64,000 nucleotides of DNA, taken from the IMG/VR virus record IMGVR_UViG_3300027782_004732, positions 6,602 to 70,601 of that record; one strand, 5' to 3'. The position numbers were made by a program, and so were the translations under genes. The notes under the pieces were generated by a model, which saw only the letters and a list, made by a program, of their open reading frames with translations, was not told where the DNA came from and searched no databases. Source of the stretch: a virus. This document shows, in pieces, positions 19,130 to 29,126 of the stretch; positions within the stretch are counted from its first letter, which is position 1; each line of letters starts with the position of its first letter.

Positions 19130-20334
19130 TTGATTATTGATTTATAAAATTCTGCTCTGTCTTTTGTTACGTTCTTTAAATCGTATTTGTCTTTAACTGT
19201 TTCGTATAGTCTTTCACCCATATCTTTTGCCATGTTTGGGTTCTTAATTAATTTTTCAATGTACTTAGACCAATCAGAATGATTTCTTTTTTCATCTACT
19301 AACATTGCATTTCCATCAACAAATTCACCATTTTTTAAACAATGTTTTAAATCTATAGTGTATGGTCCAATGTCGGAAGCAATTACCGCTTTTTTATAGA
19401 AACCAGCTTCAATTACTTTTAACTGAGATTTTACTCTATTAAACATGGTATTTTTAATTGGTGCCAAAGATACATCAAATTTTGAATAATTCTTAGCATA
19501 AGATGTAACAGGTTTTGTCCACACCCTTAAATAAGCTTCATTCATTTCATTTGCGTACGACTCTTGAGTATAGTTCAATAAAAACTTCTTGTAATCTTCA
19601 GAAACCGTTGTTAAATTTTGTGTAAAGATTTTTTCGTATTGTGCCCAAACAGTTTCATGTGGTAGAATGTTTCTTTTCTTCTGTTCATTTGTTTGTTGAT
19701 TAATTTCGGTAACAGTGCCTCTAGTGTCAAACCCACATAACACAAATTGTAATTTGTCTTTATGTTGAACTAATCTACCTAAATCTAATAATTGAAGGTC
19801 ATGTAAGTGAGAAGAACCACCTAACCACCCAACTCTTAATCTATCAGATTCAAGGGTAGGTTCTTTAAATTGTGGTTCGTTTGGATTAATTGCATTTGGA
19901 AAAATAACAACATTTTTGTTTAACTTTTTAATTTCGTCCGCAAATATAGTTGTTGTTGTTGTAACATACTTGGAAACCCTAAGGTTTGCCATAATTTTTT
20001 CGTTAATCTTATTAACTCTAATAATATCGTGAATTGGGTGTTCTTTTCCTGGCATCCAATAGTCATCAATATCACAAATTGTAATAACACCAAGTTCATT
20101 TAATTTTTGAATTAAATCGTAAGCCCTATCAAAATCAGGACCAATACTTCTGTGAAATGCGACTATTTGATATTCTTTCCAAAAGTTCATATCATCATAT
20201 GATGGTTCGTATATGATATCTACGTGAAAATCATTCCCATAAAGATTTTGTAAAAAGACGTGAGGGTCTACAGACCTAAATTTACCCACACCTGTTCTGT
20301 CGGATGGGACAACTAATACTTTGATTTTAGACAT
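19126..20334 (-). CDS. GT-B (GT4-like) glycosyltransferase
   Basis: DIDDYW, VGWLGGSSHLHDL, LAPI..FNRVKSQLKVIEAG. Confidence 0.8.
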   Translation of the reverse strand: MSKIKVLVVPSDRTGVGKFRSVDPHVFLQNLYGNDFHVDIIYEPSYDDMNFWKEYQIVAFHRSIGPDFDRAYDLIQKLNELGVITICDIDDYWMPGKEHPIHDIIRVNKINEKIMANLRVSKYVTTTTTIFADEIKKLNKNVVIFPNAINPNEPQFKEPTLESDRLRVGWLGGSSHLHDLQLLDLGRLVQHKDKLQFVLCGFDTRGTVTEINQQTNEQKKRNILPHETVWAQYEKIFTQNLTTVSEDYKKFLLNYTQESYANEMNEAYLRVWTKPVTSYAKNYSKFDVSLAPIKNTMFNRVKSQLKVIEAGFYKKAVIASDIGPYTIDLKHCLKNGEFVDGNAMLVDEKRNHSDWSKYIEKLIKNPNMAKDMGERLYETVKDKYDLKNVTKDRAEFYKSIIK

Positions 20335-20377
20335 AATAAATTAATATATTTTACAAAAATATAGTAATTCACGACTA

Positions 20378-20384
20378 ATAAATA
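20378..20384 (-). promoter_or_regulatory. TATTTAT motif upstream of the glycan cluster
   Basis: In the 56 nt gap before the 20334 start; a TAnnTTTG-like TATTTTTG follows on the same strand. Confidence 0.4.
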
Positions 20385-20390
20385 AAGGGG

Positions 20391-21008
20391 TTAGGACAAT
20401 TTTTTAATTTTGGTGACTTTACCTTCAAAGATGTGCTTTCCAACTTTAAAACTAAAAACTTCATTAGATTTTTCAGAACTTTCAGTTATTAAACCATTTT
20501 CATGTAATGCTTCATTAACCGCTTCATTAATCATCTTTTTAATTAATTTATAGTCAATTCCACCCACAGAAGATTGTGGTTGTTGGGTTTGTTGTTTTGG
20601 TTTTGCAGATTCAGGAATATATCCTTCTTTGTTTGCATTCATTAACCTTGATGCTCTTTCAATCAAGTCATTAGATATTGTTGTATTTTGTTGTTGAGGC
20701 TGACCAATAGGGTGTTCCATCATTAACCTTTTGATTTCATCAGGTAATTTAGAATTTTTAATTGCATCTACCGTAGGAACCCCAACTGGCTTAGTATTTT
20801 CTCTTGGTACATTTGAAAGGTAAGGTTGTTGTGTTTGTTCCGATTCCTGTAAAAATTCTGCAGGAATATTATATTTTGCCGCTGGCGCATCAAATTGTTG
20901 TAATGATGTAGGAGGTAATCCTCCATTCATAGAATTACTATTTTTAATTCCATCTGCTTTATCCATAATTGCTTTTGATAAAGCTAATTTTTCCATTAAA
21001 TTGCTCAT
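20391..21008 (-). CDS. Hypothetical Q/P-rich phage protein
   Basis: 205 aa ORF coupled to upstream gene; AIKNSKLPDEIKRLM, MINEAVNEALHE. Confidence 0.75.
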   Translation of the reverse strand: MSNLMEKLALSKAIMDKADGIKNSNSMNGGLPPTSLQQFDAPAAKYNIPAEFLQESEQTQQPYLSNVPRENTKPVGVPTVDAIKNSKLPDEIKRLMMEHPIGQPQQQNTTISNDLIERASRLMNANKEGYIPESAKPKQQTQQPQSSVGGIDYKLIKKMINEAVNEALHENGLITESSEKSNEVFSFKVGKHIFEGKVTKIKKLS

Positions 21009-21009
21009 A

Positions 21010-21471
21010 TTATGTTATATTTTCTTCTTCAGGCGTTGGTGGTTGAGTTGGTGGTGTTTCAGGTGTTGGTTGAGGTGTTGGAGGGCTATTATCAAACTTT
21101 GCGTTTATTATAACACTGACCATACTTTTATCACCGTTAAAATTATAACCTGGTTTAGGTTCATTGTAAACCTCACCTGTAGGTTTGTTTGATAGTATTT
21201 TATCTAATCTAAAAAGTCTCCATCCAGGTAATGGTTGTTCACCTTTGTACCCTGTGTGAGAAGCTCCTTCATTATCCCAAGCCCTTAAAACTTTATTACC
21301 TGCTTTACTAACTCCTAAGCATACAGGTTCAATTTGACGTATACCTCTACCACCTGGTTCATCACCATCGTAGTAAATAATAACAACTTTTCGTCCTTTA
21401 ATAGCATCAATAATACTATCTAAAGAAGCGATTTCACAAATTAAACCTTTTAATGCTCCTTGAAGTTTCAT
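21010..21471 (-). CDS. Stand-alone WYL-domain protein
   Basis: IYY..G.R.IEP..LG....LRAW...WRLFRLDKI; Pro/Thr tail. Confidence 0.8.
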   Translation of the reverse strand: MKLQGALKGLICEIASLDSIIDAIKGRKVVIIYYDGDEPGGRGIRQIEPVCLGVSKAGNKVLRAWDNEGASHTGYKGEQPLPGWRLFRLDKILSNKPTGEVYNEPKPGYNFNGDKSMVSVIINAKFDNSPPTPQPTPETPPTQPPTPEEENIT

Positions 21472-21764
21472 TAGAAATTAGGATATGTTTGGGATTGGTT
21501 AAATTTATTAATTTTTATTTCACTTTTTCTTTCAACAACGTCTTCAATTGTTCCAGCAGCCGTGTTGTATACATCTAAAAATGTACCCGTACCTCTACCC
21601 ATAGAATCTCCATCGGCAACAGCATCTTTGTTAACTGATGAATATTCATTCCCAATTTTATTATAATCATTTTTTGGGATTAATTTTGCTCTTTCTTGGT
21701 CTGCATATGCAGTTAAAGCGTTTGGTTCTGTTTGATTTAAATCAACAGGTGTTTGTTGTGCCAT
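21471..21764 (-). CDS. Hypothetical protein
   Basis: 97 aa ORF, stop overlaps next start. Confidence 0.75.
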   Translation of the reverse strand: MAQQTPVDLNQTEPNALTAYADQERAKLIPKNDYNKIGNEYSSVNKDAVADGDSMGRGTGTFLDVYNTAAGTIEDVVERKSEIKINKFNQSQTYPNF

Positions 21765-21768
21765 ATTT

Positions 21769-22236
21769 TTATATTTTTGATATTAGTTCGTTTATTCTCT
21801 TAACACTTTCATTCACTGATGGATTATACTTATCTACAGTTCTTGAATGTTCTTGAGATGTTCTTACGTTTGTAAAATCTTTTTTCTCGTGAGGGTCAAT
21901 AAATTGGTTCATCATACCAGCATTCATTTTATTAGTTTTGGTATTTTTAACATAATCCCTCATTTTTCTTAATTCATCGTTAACCCAATTTTTAATTTCA
22001 ACACCACCATTTAAAATAAATGAAGGTTGTTTGTGGTTACCTTTAAAAGTATCAAAAAAGTTTTTAATCCTTTTTAATTGTTTGTAGGTTATGAATTTTT
22101 GAGATTGTAATTCTTTGTTTCTATTATAACCTTCAGTATTCTCATCCGCATTCTTTACCATATGAAAACATTTTTTCATATGTTCCCTTTTATCGGATGG
22201 GAATTCTATTTCGTTATCGTATAAACTTTTATTCAC
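21769..22236 (-). CDS. Hypothetical protein
   Basis: 155 aa ORF in operon. Confidence 0.75.
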   Translation of the reverse strand: MNKSLYDNEIEFPSDKREHMKKCFHMVKNADENTEGYNRNKELQSQKFITYKQLKRIKNFFDTFKGNHKQPSFILNGGVEIKNWVNDELRKMRDYVKNTKTNKMNAGMMNQFIDPHEKKDFTNVRTSQEHSRTVDKYNPSVNESVKRINELISKI

Positions 22237-23041
22237 TTTTAAACATCTTTAATAGTTCAGAAATAGAAATTCCTTCTTTTTCTGCTTGTTTCTTTAATGA
22301 TGAAATATTTTTCTTTAAAATATTTGATGTGTTTGATTCTTTTCTACCAACTTCAGAATTGTCTGAATTTTTTTTACCCATTAAAATATCTTCCACAACT
22401 TTAATCATCTTTTGTTTTTGAATTTCTGATAAAGTTGCTCTTGTTACAAAATTTTTATCTTTATAATATTTTGATTTTTTATCTTTATTACCTGTTGGGT
22501 CTTGACCTTTTTGTTTTGTTCTTTCTTTTGCTTCATCAGGTTCCATTCCCATCTTCTTAACTAAATATTTGTAAGTTTCAGCTCCGTCCATATCTTCGGT
22601 TTCTTCATAACCAAAAGCACCTGACATATCAATCTCACTTACTTCTTCAACTGACTCACCATAATATGTTCTATAACCACGAGAAATAGGGTCGTTTGTA
22701 ATACGAGCCGCAGCAACCGTTTGGTCCATTGTCTTTTTTGGGTGAAGTTTTGGGTCAAGAATTGGAATTTTAGAGTTGGATAATGCTCCATCTAAATTTA
22801 CTAATTCTTCCAAATCCTTCTTAAGACCTTTAGTTGTTTTAATTTTTTTCTCTTTGGCAACTTTCTTAAGATGGTTTTTAACTTTTGTACCCTTACTTTT
22901 TTCAAAGTGAATCACCTCATCTTTTTCACGGGCTTCAGTCAAATTTCCTTCTACAGAGAAATATAATGAGTATTTATCTCCCTTATCTCTTAAAAGAAAA
23001 TAGTATGGTGATGAATAAAATTCTGTATCTGTTGTAATCAT
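22229..23041 (-). CDS. Hypothetical Lys/Glu-rich protein
   Basis: 270 aa ORF, first gene of leftward unit with TATTTAT upstream. Confidence 0.75.
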   Translation of the reverse strand: MITTDTEFYSSPYYFLLRDKGDKYSLYFSVEGNLTEAREKDEVIHFEKSKGTKVKNHLKKVAKEKKIKTTKGLKKDLEELVNLDGALSNSKIPILDPKLHPKKTMDQTVAAARITNDPISRGYRTYYGESVEEVSEIDMSGAFGYEETEDMDGAETYKYLVKKMGMEPDEAKERTKQKGQDPTGNKDKKSKYYKDKNFVTRATLSEIQKQKMIKVVEDILMGKKNSDNSEVGRKESNTSNILKKNISSLKKQAEKEGISISELLKMFKSE

Positions 23042-23057
23042 CTCTTATTTTTATAAT

Positions 23058-23084
23058 ATAAATACTAGCTCACAAGGTATTTAT
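23058..23084. promoter_or_regulatory. Divergent pair of TATTTAT motifs
   Basis: ATAAATA 23058-23064 (minus) and TATTTAT 23078-23084 (plus) in a 52 nt divergent gap. Confidence 0.7.
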
Positions 23085-23093
23085 CATTGTAAC

Positions 23094-25655
23094 ATGGCAT
23101 ATCAAAATATTAATCAATATAATTTTAGAAGATTTGGTCTAAAACCTGTCAATGAAGTGACCGACTTATGTCTTGCTTCAGATGAAAAAGATTACGACCA
23201 AGAAGTTATTTTTTCACCATTATTAATTGGTGAAGACGATGGTAATAGAATGCCATTCAAATTTGATTTTAATAGTAGTGGTACCACATTATGTCAGGTT
23301 TCACCTTGTGTTTTTAGTAGTGATACAATCGTTTCTGAAAATTATTGGAACCCAACAGACACTGACCCAAATTTTTGCCCTATAGTTACTAACTTATGTG
23401 ATGTTGGACTGACAGGTATTGATAACGGGTTGGTACAGAATATGTCGGGAGAAACTATTCAAGTAACAACAGGGTTATATACAAATATTTCTGATAAATT
23501 TAGCAGATACAAATATGATAGGAGAATGAAACTTCATCCTATCACTGGTTTTACAACAACACAAAATAGATTGTGGAATGATGGTTCATACAATTATGAT
23601 TTATCGTACACAAATGCAGGTGGAGATATTGGATATGTTGCAACTTTAAATGGTGGTTTCTATCAAGGATTCTACAAACTTGCAGGATATAATTACCAAG
23701 TATTCCCTGAAAGAGTTAGTTTAGGTTGGACAACTGAATTCATGTTAAAATACAGATGGACTGGTGATACTTCAGTTGGATTAAATGTTAGATACCCTGA
23801 AAATAAAGGAACATTCTTTTATATGGGGGCAAGAGCAGAAAATAAATTTTATCATTATGCCGATGGTAGTCCAAAACAAGATACAGGATATACAAGAGTT
23901 ACCTCAGGTTTAACTTGTATGCACACTTGTGGTTGTGCTAGTAGTGCAAATACATCTTCAGAATGTCTTCAAGTTTACCAACCATCAGGAGGAACTATCA
24001 CAACTTGTTTATGTGGTTGTCCATGTGAATGTAGTACAAGTGCTCAATACCCTGAAAAAGACCCATTATACGATGAAGTCTCAAACGCTCTATCATTAAG
24101 ATTAAGTGGTGATACTGGTAGTCCAAGATTATGTGTTAAAACATATAGAATAACTGGTGGATGTGAAAGTACTGGAACTTGTTTAACAGGTATAACCTAT
24201 GTTACAGGTACTTCGGTAACTGAATGGTGTTCAACAAGAGGTATTTTTGATGATTGTTCGGGAACAACTTACCAAAACGTAGAACATTGGGCTCAAATTG
24301 ATGCCGTATTCCAAAGATATGAATGGTTAGATACTTGTGACTTATATGATAAAGGTGGGTTAGGTCTGCTTGTTAAAGACGTATATTTTGCAACAATTGA
24401 AGGTAGAAGTGTTTCGTTAATTGAACCACCAATTACCCACGAACAACCTTACGACCCAGCGTCAACCGAAGTTGTGACATTTAATGACATGTGGACTGAA
24501 GAACAAAAATACAGATTAGGTACACTTAAGTTTTATGTTAACGGTAAATTATTCATGGTTGTTGAAAACTTTGAAGAAATAATTCCAAGATTATTGAATA
24601 CTCCAAAAGAAAAACAAATTGGTGTTGGATATAACATTTCAATTGGTGGTGGTACCCAAGGTCTTCACGACAACTTAACTTTTTCAGGTGGGTGTTCAGT
24701 TGATTTAAGTGGACTTCAATATCAACAAGACCCTGAATGTTTAACAACTTATGATTTAGATAATACAATTTATTCAGGTTTAACAACCCAAATTAGATTA
24801 GAAGAATTGTTTGGTGGTAGTATGATTGGTGATATTAGTGCGTTTAGAATGTATACCGAACCATTAAACGCCGCTCAGATTAAACATAATTTTAAAATAC
24901 TAAAAGACACATATAATTTATTAAACCCTGATTGTCTTAATTGTAGAATTGTTATACCATCAAACGATTTATATTATATAACAATCCCTGATAATGATTT
25001 ATCATATATTAGTATACCAGCAAATGATTTATATTATGAACTAATTCAACCTAGTCCAACACCAACAAACACCCCAACGTTAACTCCAACACAAACGGTA
25101 ACTCAAACTCCGACAAATACTAATACCCCAACGTTAACCCAAACTCCAACTAATACCCCAACTAATACTTTAACTAATACGCCAACAAATACATTAACTA
25201 ATACTCCAACAAATACATTAACCCCAACCAATACTGAAACACCTACAAATACACCAACTGTTACTCCAACTAATACACCAACTAATACTCAAACTCCAAC
25301 ACCTACTAATACTGAAACGCCGACAAATACACCTACTAATACTAATACACCAACGGTAACTCAAACTCCAACAAATACTGAAACGCCAACACCAACCAAT
25401 ACTGAAACACCAACTAATACACCTACAAGTACAGAAACTCCGACTAACACTCCTAGTGAAACTCCAACTAACACGCCCACAAATACAGAAACTCCAACTA
25501 ATACTCCAACTAACACACCCACAATAACTGTGACACCAACTAATACTAAAACTCCAACGCCGACACCAACGTCAACTGAACCATTCTTTATTTTAATTCA
25601 AAGTGGTGACATATTAACGGCTCAAGATGGTAGTGGAATAGAATATCAACATTAA
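23094..25655 (+). CDS. Putative virion protein: LamG/ConA-like and Cys-rich region plus Thr/Pro mucin-like tail
   Basis: [31 protein letters not shown] (LamG-like), [16 protein letters not shown], ~175 aa TPTNT repeats. Confidence 0.7.
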   Translation: MAYQNINQYNFRRFGLKPVNEVTDLCLASDEKDYDQEVIFSPLLIGEDDGNRMPFKFDFNSSGTTLCQVSPCVFSSDTIVSENYWNPTDTDPNFCPIVTNLCDVGLTGIDNGLVQNMSGETIQVTTGLYTNISDKFSRYKYDRRMKLHPITGFTTTQNRLWNDGSYNYDLSYTNAGGDIGYVATLNGGFYQGFYKLAGYNYQVFPERVSLGWTTEFMLKYRWTGDTSVGLNVRYPENKGTFFYMGARAENKFYHYADGSPKQDTGYTRVTSGLTCMHTCGCASSANTSSECLQVYQPSGGTITTCLCGCPCECSTSAQYPEKDPLYDEVSNALSLRLSGDTGSPRLCVKTYRITGGCESTGTCLTGITYVTGTSVTEWCSTRGIFDDCSGTTYQNVEHWAQIDAVFQRYEWLDTCDLYDKGGLGLLVKDVYFATIEGRSVSLIEPPITHEQPYDPASTEVVTFNDMWTEEQKYRLGTLKFYVNGKLFMVVENFEEIIPRLLNTPKEKQIGVGYNISIGGGTQGLHDNLTFSGGCSVDLSGLQYQQDPECLTTYDLDNTIYSGLTTQIRLEELFGGSMIGDISAFRMYTEPLNAAQIKHNFKILKDTYNLLNPDCLNCRIVIPSNDLYYITIPDNDLSYISIPANDLYYELIQPSPTPTNTPTLTPTQTVTQTPTNTNTPTLTQTPTNTPTNTLTNTPTNTLTNTPTNTLTPTNTETPTNTPTVTPTNTPTNTQTPTPTNTETPTNTPTNTNTPTVTQTPTNTETPTPTNTETPTNTPTSTETPTNTPSETPTNTPTNTETPTNTPTNTPTITVTPTNTKTPTPTPTSTEPFFILIQSGDILTAQDGSGIEYQH
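25050..25580 (+). repeat. Imperfect coding tandem repeat (TPTNT/TETP)
   Basis: Recurrent ccaactaatac/actccaac units. Confidence 0.9.
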
Positions 25656-25661
25656 AACTAA

Positions 25662-25668
25662 TATTTAT
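25662..25668 (+). promoter_or_regulatory. TATTTAT motif
   Basis: 4 nt before ATG 25673. Confidence 0.6.
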
Positions 25669-25672
25669 AGAA

Positions 25673-26185
25673 ATGGCAAACGTACTAATCGCAAATTTAC
25701 CAACATACACAGGAAACACAAATGGTGCTTTTCTTGTTATGAACAATAGTGGCAACACAGAATCATTCAAAGTAACCAAAGAAACATTACTTAGTGGGTA
25801 TTCACAAAATGCAATATCACCAGTAACGGGAAGCTGGACGGTGACTCCAGGGACTAATAACTACAGTTTTACGGTTGATATTAATAATACATATAACTTA
25901 TGGGTTCTTGGAAATATACCAAATGGTATAATAGTTTATAATGCCACAGTAAGTGTTAGTAATACTAATGTACCCGTAATTGGTGTTCAGTATGCATGGA
26001 ATTATACTGGTGGGAGTAGTCCAATATTGTTTACAAGTATCCCTGTACAGATTATAGGAACCGCGGGTGCAATATCCACAGCGTCACCAGCTGTAGGTAC
26101 ATCAACAAATACATTTGTATTCGGTATTCAAAACAATACGGTATCAGGTCTTACGGTTAATTACGGATATGTTAAAGTAAGTTAA
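25673..26185 (+). CDS. Putative fiber/decoration protein
   Basis: MANVLIANLP start, beta-rich T/N/G/V composition. Confidence 0.6.
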   Translation: MANVLIANLPTYTGNTNGAFLVMNNSGNTESFKVTKETLLSGYSQNAISPVTGSWTVTPGTNNYSFTVDINNTYNLWVLGNIPNGIIVYNATVSVSNTNVPVIGVQYAWNYTGGSSPILFTSIPVQIIGTAGAISTASPAVGTSTNTFVFGIQNNTVSGLTVNYGYVKVS

Positions 26186-26186
26186 A

Positions 26187-26750
26187 ATGTACACTACAGA
26201 CTGTAATTACTATAGAATAACAAATTATAATAATGTCCAAGAAGGATATTATAGTTGGACTGGTTGTACTGATATAATTAGTGTTAGCCCTATTGGTACC
26301 CTTCAAACAAGTTATGTTTGTGCTAAAAATATATTCGTTGAAGAATATGGTGCACCTCTTGATGTTGTCTTTATTGGATTATGTCCGTCAAGTACCCCAA
26401 CACCAACAGTAACTCCAACAGTAACTCCAACAAGAGCTACACCAACGCCAACTCCAAGTCATACCGCAACACCGACAATAACACCAACAATAACACCAAC
26501 AATGGTTTTAATGTACAATTTAAGAACTGGTGGTTACTATCAGGATGTTTGTGATTCAATAAATTTTGGTAACGCAGCAAACGTGACAATTTATACTCAA
26601 AAAGCATTTACGTCTTTGGTTCCTGGTGACCATGTTTATGGTAACCCTGCATTAACAATACCACCAATAAATGCAAACTTTACAATATCAAATGGTGCTA
26701 AATTTATTCAAATAAGTGGAACGTTAGTAATTAATGTTGGAGTGTGTTAA
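26187..26750 (+). CDS. Cys-domain protein with Thr/Pro linker
   Basis: Two small Cys-bounded domains joined by TPTPTVTP repeats. Confidence 0.75.
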   Translation: MYTTDCNYYRITNYNNVQEGYYSWTGCTDIISVSPIGTLQTSYVCAKNIFVEEYGAPLDVVFIGLCPSSTPTPTVTPTVTPTRATPTPTPSHTATPTITPTITPTMVLMYNLRTGGYYQDVCDSINFGNAANVTIYTQKAFTSLVPGDHVYGNPALTIPPINANFTISNGAKFIQISGTLVINVGVC

Positions 26751-26765
26751 TTTAAAATAATTAAG

Positions 26766-26772
26766 TATTTAT
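26766..26772 (+). promoter_or_regulatory. TATTTAT motif
   Basis: 4 nt before ATG 26777. Confidence 0.6.
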
Positions 26773-26776
26773 TGAT

Positions 26777-27967
26777 ATGGCAATTGGAATAAGAATTTTA
26801 AGTAATAATTTGAGTGGTCAAACCACAAATGTTACGTATTTCCCAGATACAGGGGGTACAATTGATTTGGGGTCTCAGGTATTCCCATTTAATTATATAT
26901 CAAGTTATTATTATGGTAACTACGATTGTTATGTTCCAACATATGGATATAACTATGTTATTAATGTGCCAGGACCAACACCTACACCAACAATAACACC
27001 TACACCAACAATTACTCCAACAGGTTTAACCCCTACTTCTACTACAACACCAACACCTACACCAACTAACACGGAAACACAAACTAGTACGCCTACAAAT
27101 ACTGCAACACCAACTAATACTCCAAGTGTTACCACAACAAATACTGTAACGCCAACAGTAACATCAACACCAACAGTAACATCAACTCAGACACCGACTG
27201 CAACAATTGGTTTAACCCCAACTCCAACGCCAACAAGAGCAAGATTTAGTTTTGTTGTTTATCCAGGCGCAACTTATGATGAATCTTGTGGTCAATATAA
27301 TTCAACAACCACAATTTATGGTGAAAAGTCAATTTTTGATGAAAACTCAGAATTCTTTAATAGTGTTTATGGTCCTGTAACGATTAACATGTCAGGATAT
27401 TATAAAAATAGTGGAACCGTTGTTGAGTTAAATACCAATGGTACCCTAACAACTGGTGTATTTAGTTTATGTACAACATTAACACCAACACCAACTAATA
27501 CTGAAACTCCTACACCAACCCCTACTAATACAGAAACACCTACACAAACTCCGACTAACACCGAAACTCCTACACAAACCCCAACTGAAACTCCAACACA
27601 AACACCAACTGAAACTCCAACACAAACACCAACTGAAACTCCCACACAAACACCAACTAACACTGAAACACCAACACAAACACCAACTAACACTGAAACA
27701 CCAACTAACACTCCAACACCAACAATAACCGCAACATCAACTATTACTCCAACACTAACACCAACACCAACAGCCACAATTCCTTTCTGTAGAAGTTTTA
27801 CATTTAATGGTGGAACTGGTCCTGATGGTACTCTTTTTGTAGTTACAGAATGTAATGGACCTAGTTATTCATTTACATTACAACAAAATAATACAGATAT
27901 CATTTGTGTTTCAAATTACATTATACTTAGTGGTAATGGTTTTGTAACCTATAGGAATCCTTGCTAA
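26777..27967 (+). CDS. Mucin-like Thr/Pro-repeat protein with three small domains
   Basis: Two long PT tracts separating globular segments. Confidence 0.8.
   Translation: MAIGIRILSNNLSGQTTNVTYFPDTGGTIDLGSQVFPFNYISSYYYGNYDCYVPTYGYNYVINVPGPTPTPTITPTPTITPTGLTPTSTTTPTPTPTNTETQTSTPTNTATPTNTPSVTTTNTVTPTVTSTPTVTSTQTPTATIGLTPTPTPTRARFSFVVYPGATYDESCGQYNSTTTIYGEKSIFDENSEFFNSVYGPVTINMSGYYKNSGTVVELNTNGTLTTGVFSLCTTLTPTPTNTETPTPTPTNTETPTQTPTNTETPTQTPTETPTQTPTETPTQTPTETPTQTPTNTETPTQTPTNTETPTNTPTPTITATSTITPTLTPTPTATIPFCRSFTFNGGTGPDGTLFVVTECNGPSYSFTLQQNNTDIICVSNYIILSGNGFVTYRNPC
27480..27780 (+). repeat. Coding tandem repeat incl. 24-nt unit ccaactgaaactccaacacaaaca x3 (27581-27652)
   Basis: Two exact copies and one with a single mismatch, flanked by related 30-nt units. 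Confidence 0.9.
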
Positions 27968-28010
27968 GAAATATTTTAAACATTATTGAAAATAATAAAC
28001 AACATTGTAG

Positions 28011-28017
28011 TATTTAT
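28011..28017 (+). promoter_or_regulatory. TATTTAT motif
   Basis: 18 nt before ATG 28036. Confidence 0.55.
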
Positions 28018-28035
28018 ATTTAAACAGAATTTAAG

Positions 28036-29040
28036 ATGGCATGTAGTAAATATACTTTAACAAATACGGGTACAACCGCAATCAACTTCAACTATAGAAG
28101 ATGCGATGACTCTATGTGGGAATATCAAGTAAACCTTGACCCAAATCAAACTAAAAATATTTGGTTAATTAACGGAACTTATGATGCCGCTCAAATTTTT
28201 GAGTCAAGCATTGTATTGGTTAATGACGGAGCATATCCTTTAACTCCAACGCCAACAAGAACTCCAACATCAACACCAACTAACACTCCAACTCCGAGCG
28301 TTACTGCAACTAATACAGGGACACCAACATCAACACCAACAAACACTCCAACAGTAACACAAACTCAAACTACAAGTGCTACTCCAACTCCGAGCGTTAC
28401 TGCAACTAATACAGGAACTCCGACATCAACACCAACAAGAACTCCAACACAAACTGTTACACCAACAAATGCATATGATACGTTTAATATAACTTCAGGT
28501 TCAACTGCAAATAATGCATGTGCTGGTGGATTATCAGGAACTATTTACGCAGAAAATTCATTGTTTGATAGTAACACCCAATTCTATAACAACTCAAATG
28601 GTACTGTTTCTGGTAACATGTCAGGTTTCTATAGTTATGGTGGACAATATATTCAATTAAATTCAGATGGTAGTTTGACAACAGGTATTTATAGCTTATG
28701 TTCAGTAGTACCGACTCAAACCCCAACACCAACAAATACCGTAACACCAACAACTACAACAACTCCTACAACAACACCTACCGCAACATTTGGTTATTAC
28801 ACGTATAGTTTAGGTACAGGTGCAACCGCAAATGATGCTTGTATTGATTTTGGTTCGGCACCTAATACAATTTACGGAACAGTTGCTGGAGGTCCTGGAC
28901 CAAATACAGGTGAATACTTATACTTTAATACCGCATTAACTATTGCGGTTGCGGATGGTTATTATTCTAACGGAACTGCTTGGTATCAAGTTACTGGTGG
29001 AGCAGGTCAAATTACTTCGGTAGACCCAACAGGATGTTAA
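28036..29040 (+). CDS. Mucin-like Thr/Pro-repeat protein with three Cys domains
   Basis: PT tracts; middle domain homologous to that in 26777-27967. Confidence 0.8.
   Translation: MACSKYTLTNTGTTAINFNYRRCDDSMWEYQVNLDPNQTKNIWLINGTYDAAQIFESSIVLVNDGAYPLTPTPTRTPTSTPTNTPTPSVTATNTGTPTSTPTNTPTVTQTQTTSATPTPSVTATNTGTPTSTPTRTPTQTVTPTNAYDTFNITSGSTANNACAGGLSGTIYAENSLFDSNTQFYNNSNGTVSGNMSGFYSYGGQYIQLNSDGSLTTGIYSLCSVVPTQTPTPTNTVTPTTTTTPTTTPTATFGYYTYSLGTGATANDACIDFGSAPNTIYGTVAGGPGPNTGEYLYFNTALTIAVADGYYSNGTAWYQVTGGAGQITSVDPTGC
28285..28415 (+). repeat. 35-nt exact direct repeat (28285-28319, 28381-28415)
   Basis: actccaactccgagcgttactgcaactaatacagg twice, 96 nt apart. Confidence 0.9.
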
Positions 29041-29070
29041 TATAAAAAAAACAATACAAATATATTTTAG

Positions 29071-29106
29071 AAAACCCTTCACCTTCGTGGAGGGTTTTTT
29101 ATTTTT
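29071..29106 (+). terminator. Intrinsic terminator
   Basis: aaaacccttcac-cttc-gtggagggtttt hairpin running into a T-rich tract. Confidence 0.8.
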
Positions 29107-29126
29107 ATGTATAAATTATATTATAC

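Noticed and set aside
2669-20334. Bacterial O-antigen/capsule locus or giant eukaryotic virus
   Set aside because: No transport/polymerase genes; interleaved with phage genes and contiguous with a contractile tail module
26953-27777. Minus-strand VGV/CWSFSW repeat ORFs
   Set aside because: Antisense shadows of the PT repeats
25050-28790. Possible CRISPR array or non-coding satellite
   Set aside because: Repeats are in-frame, vary at synonymous positions and have no unique spacers; they encode Thr/Pro tracts
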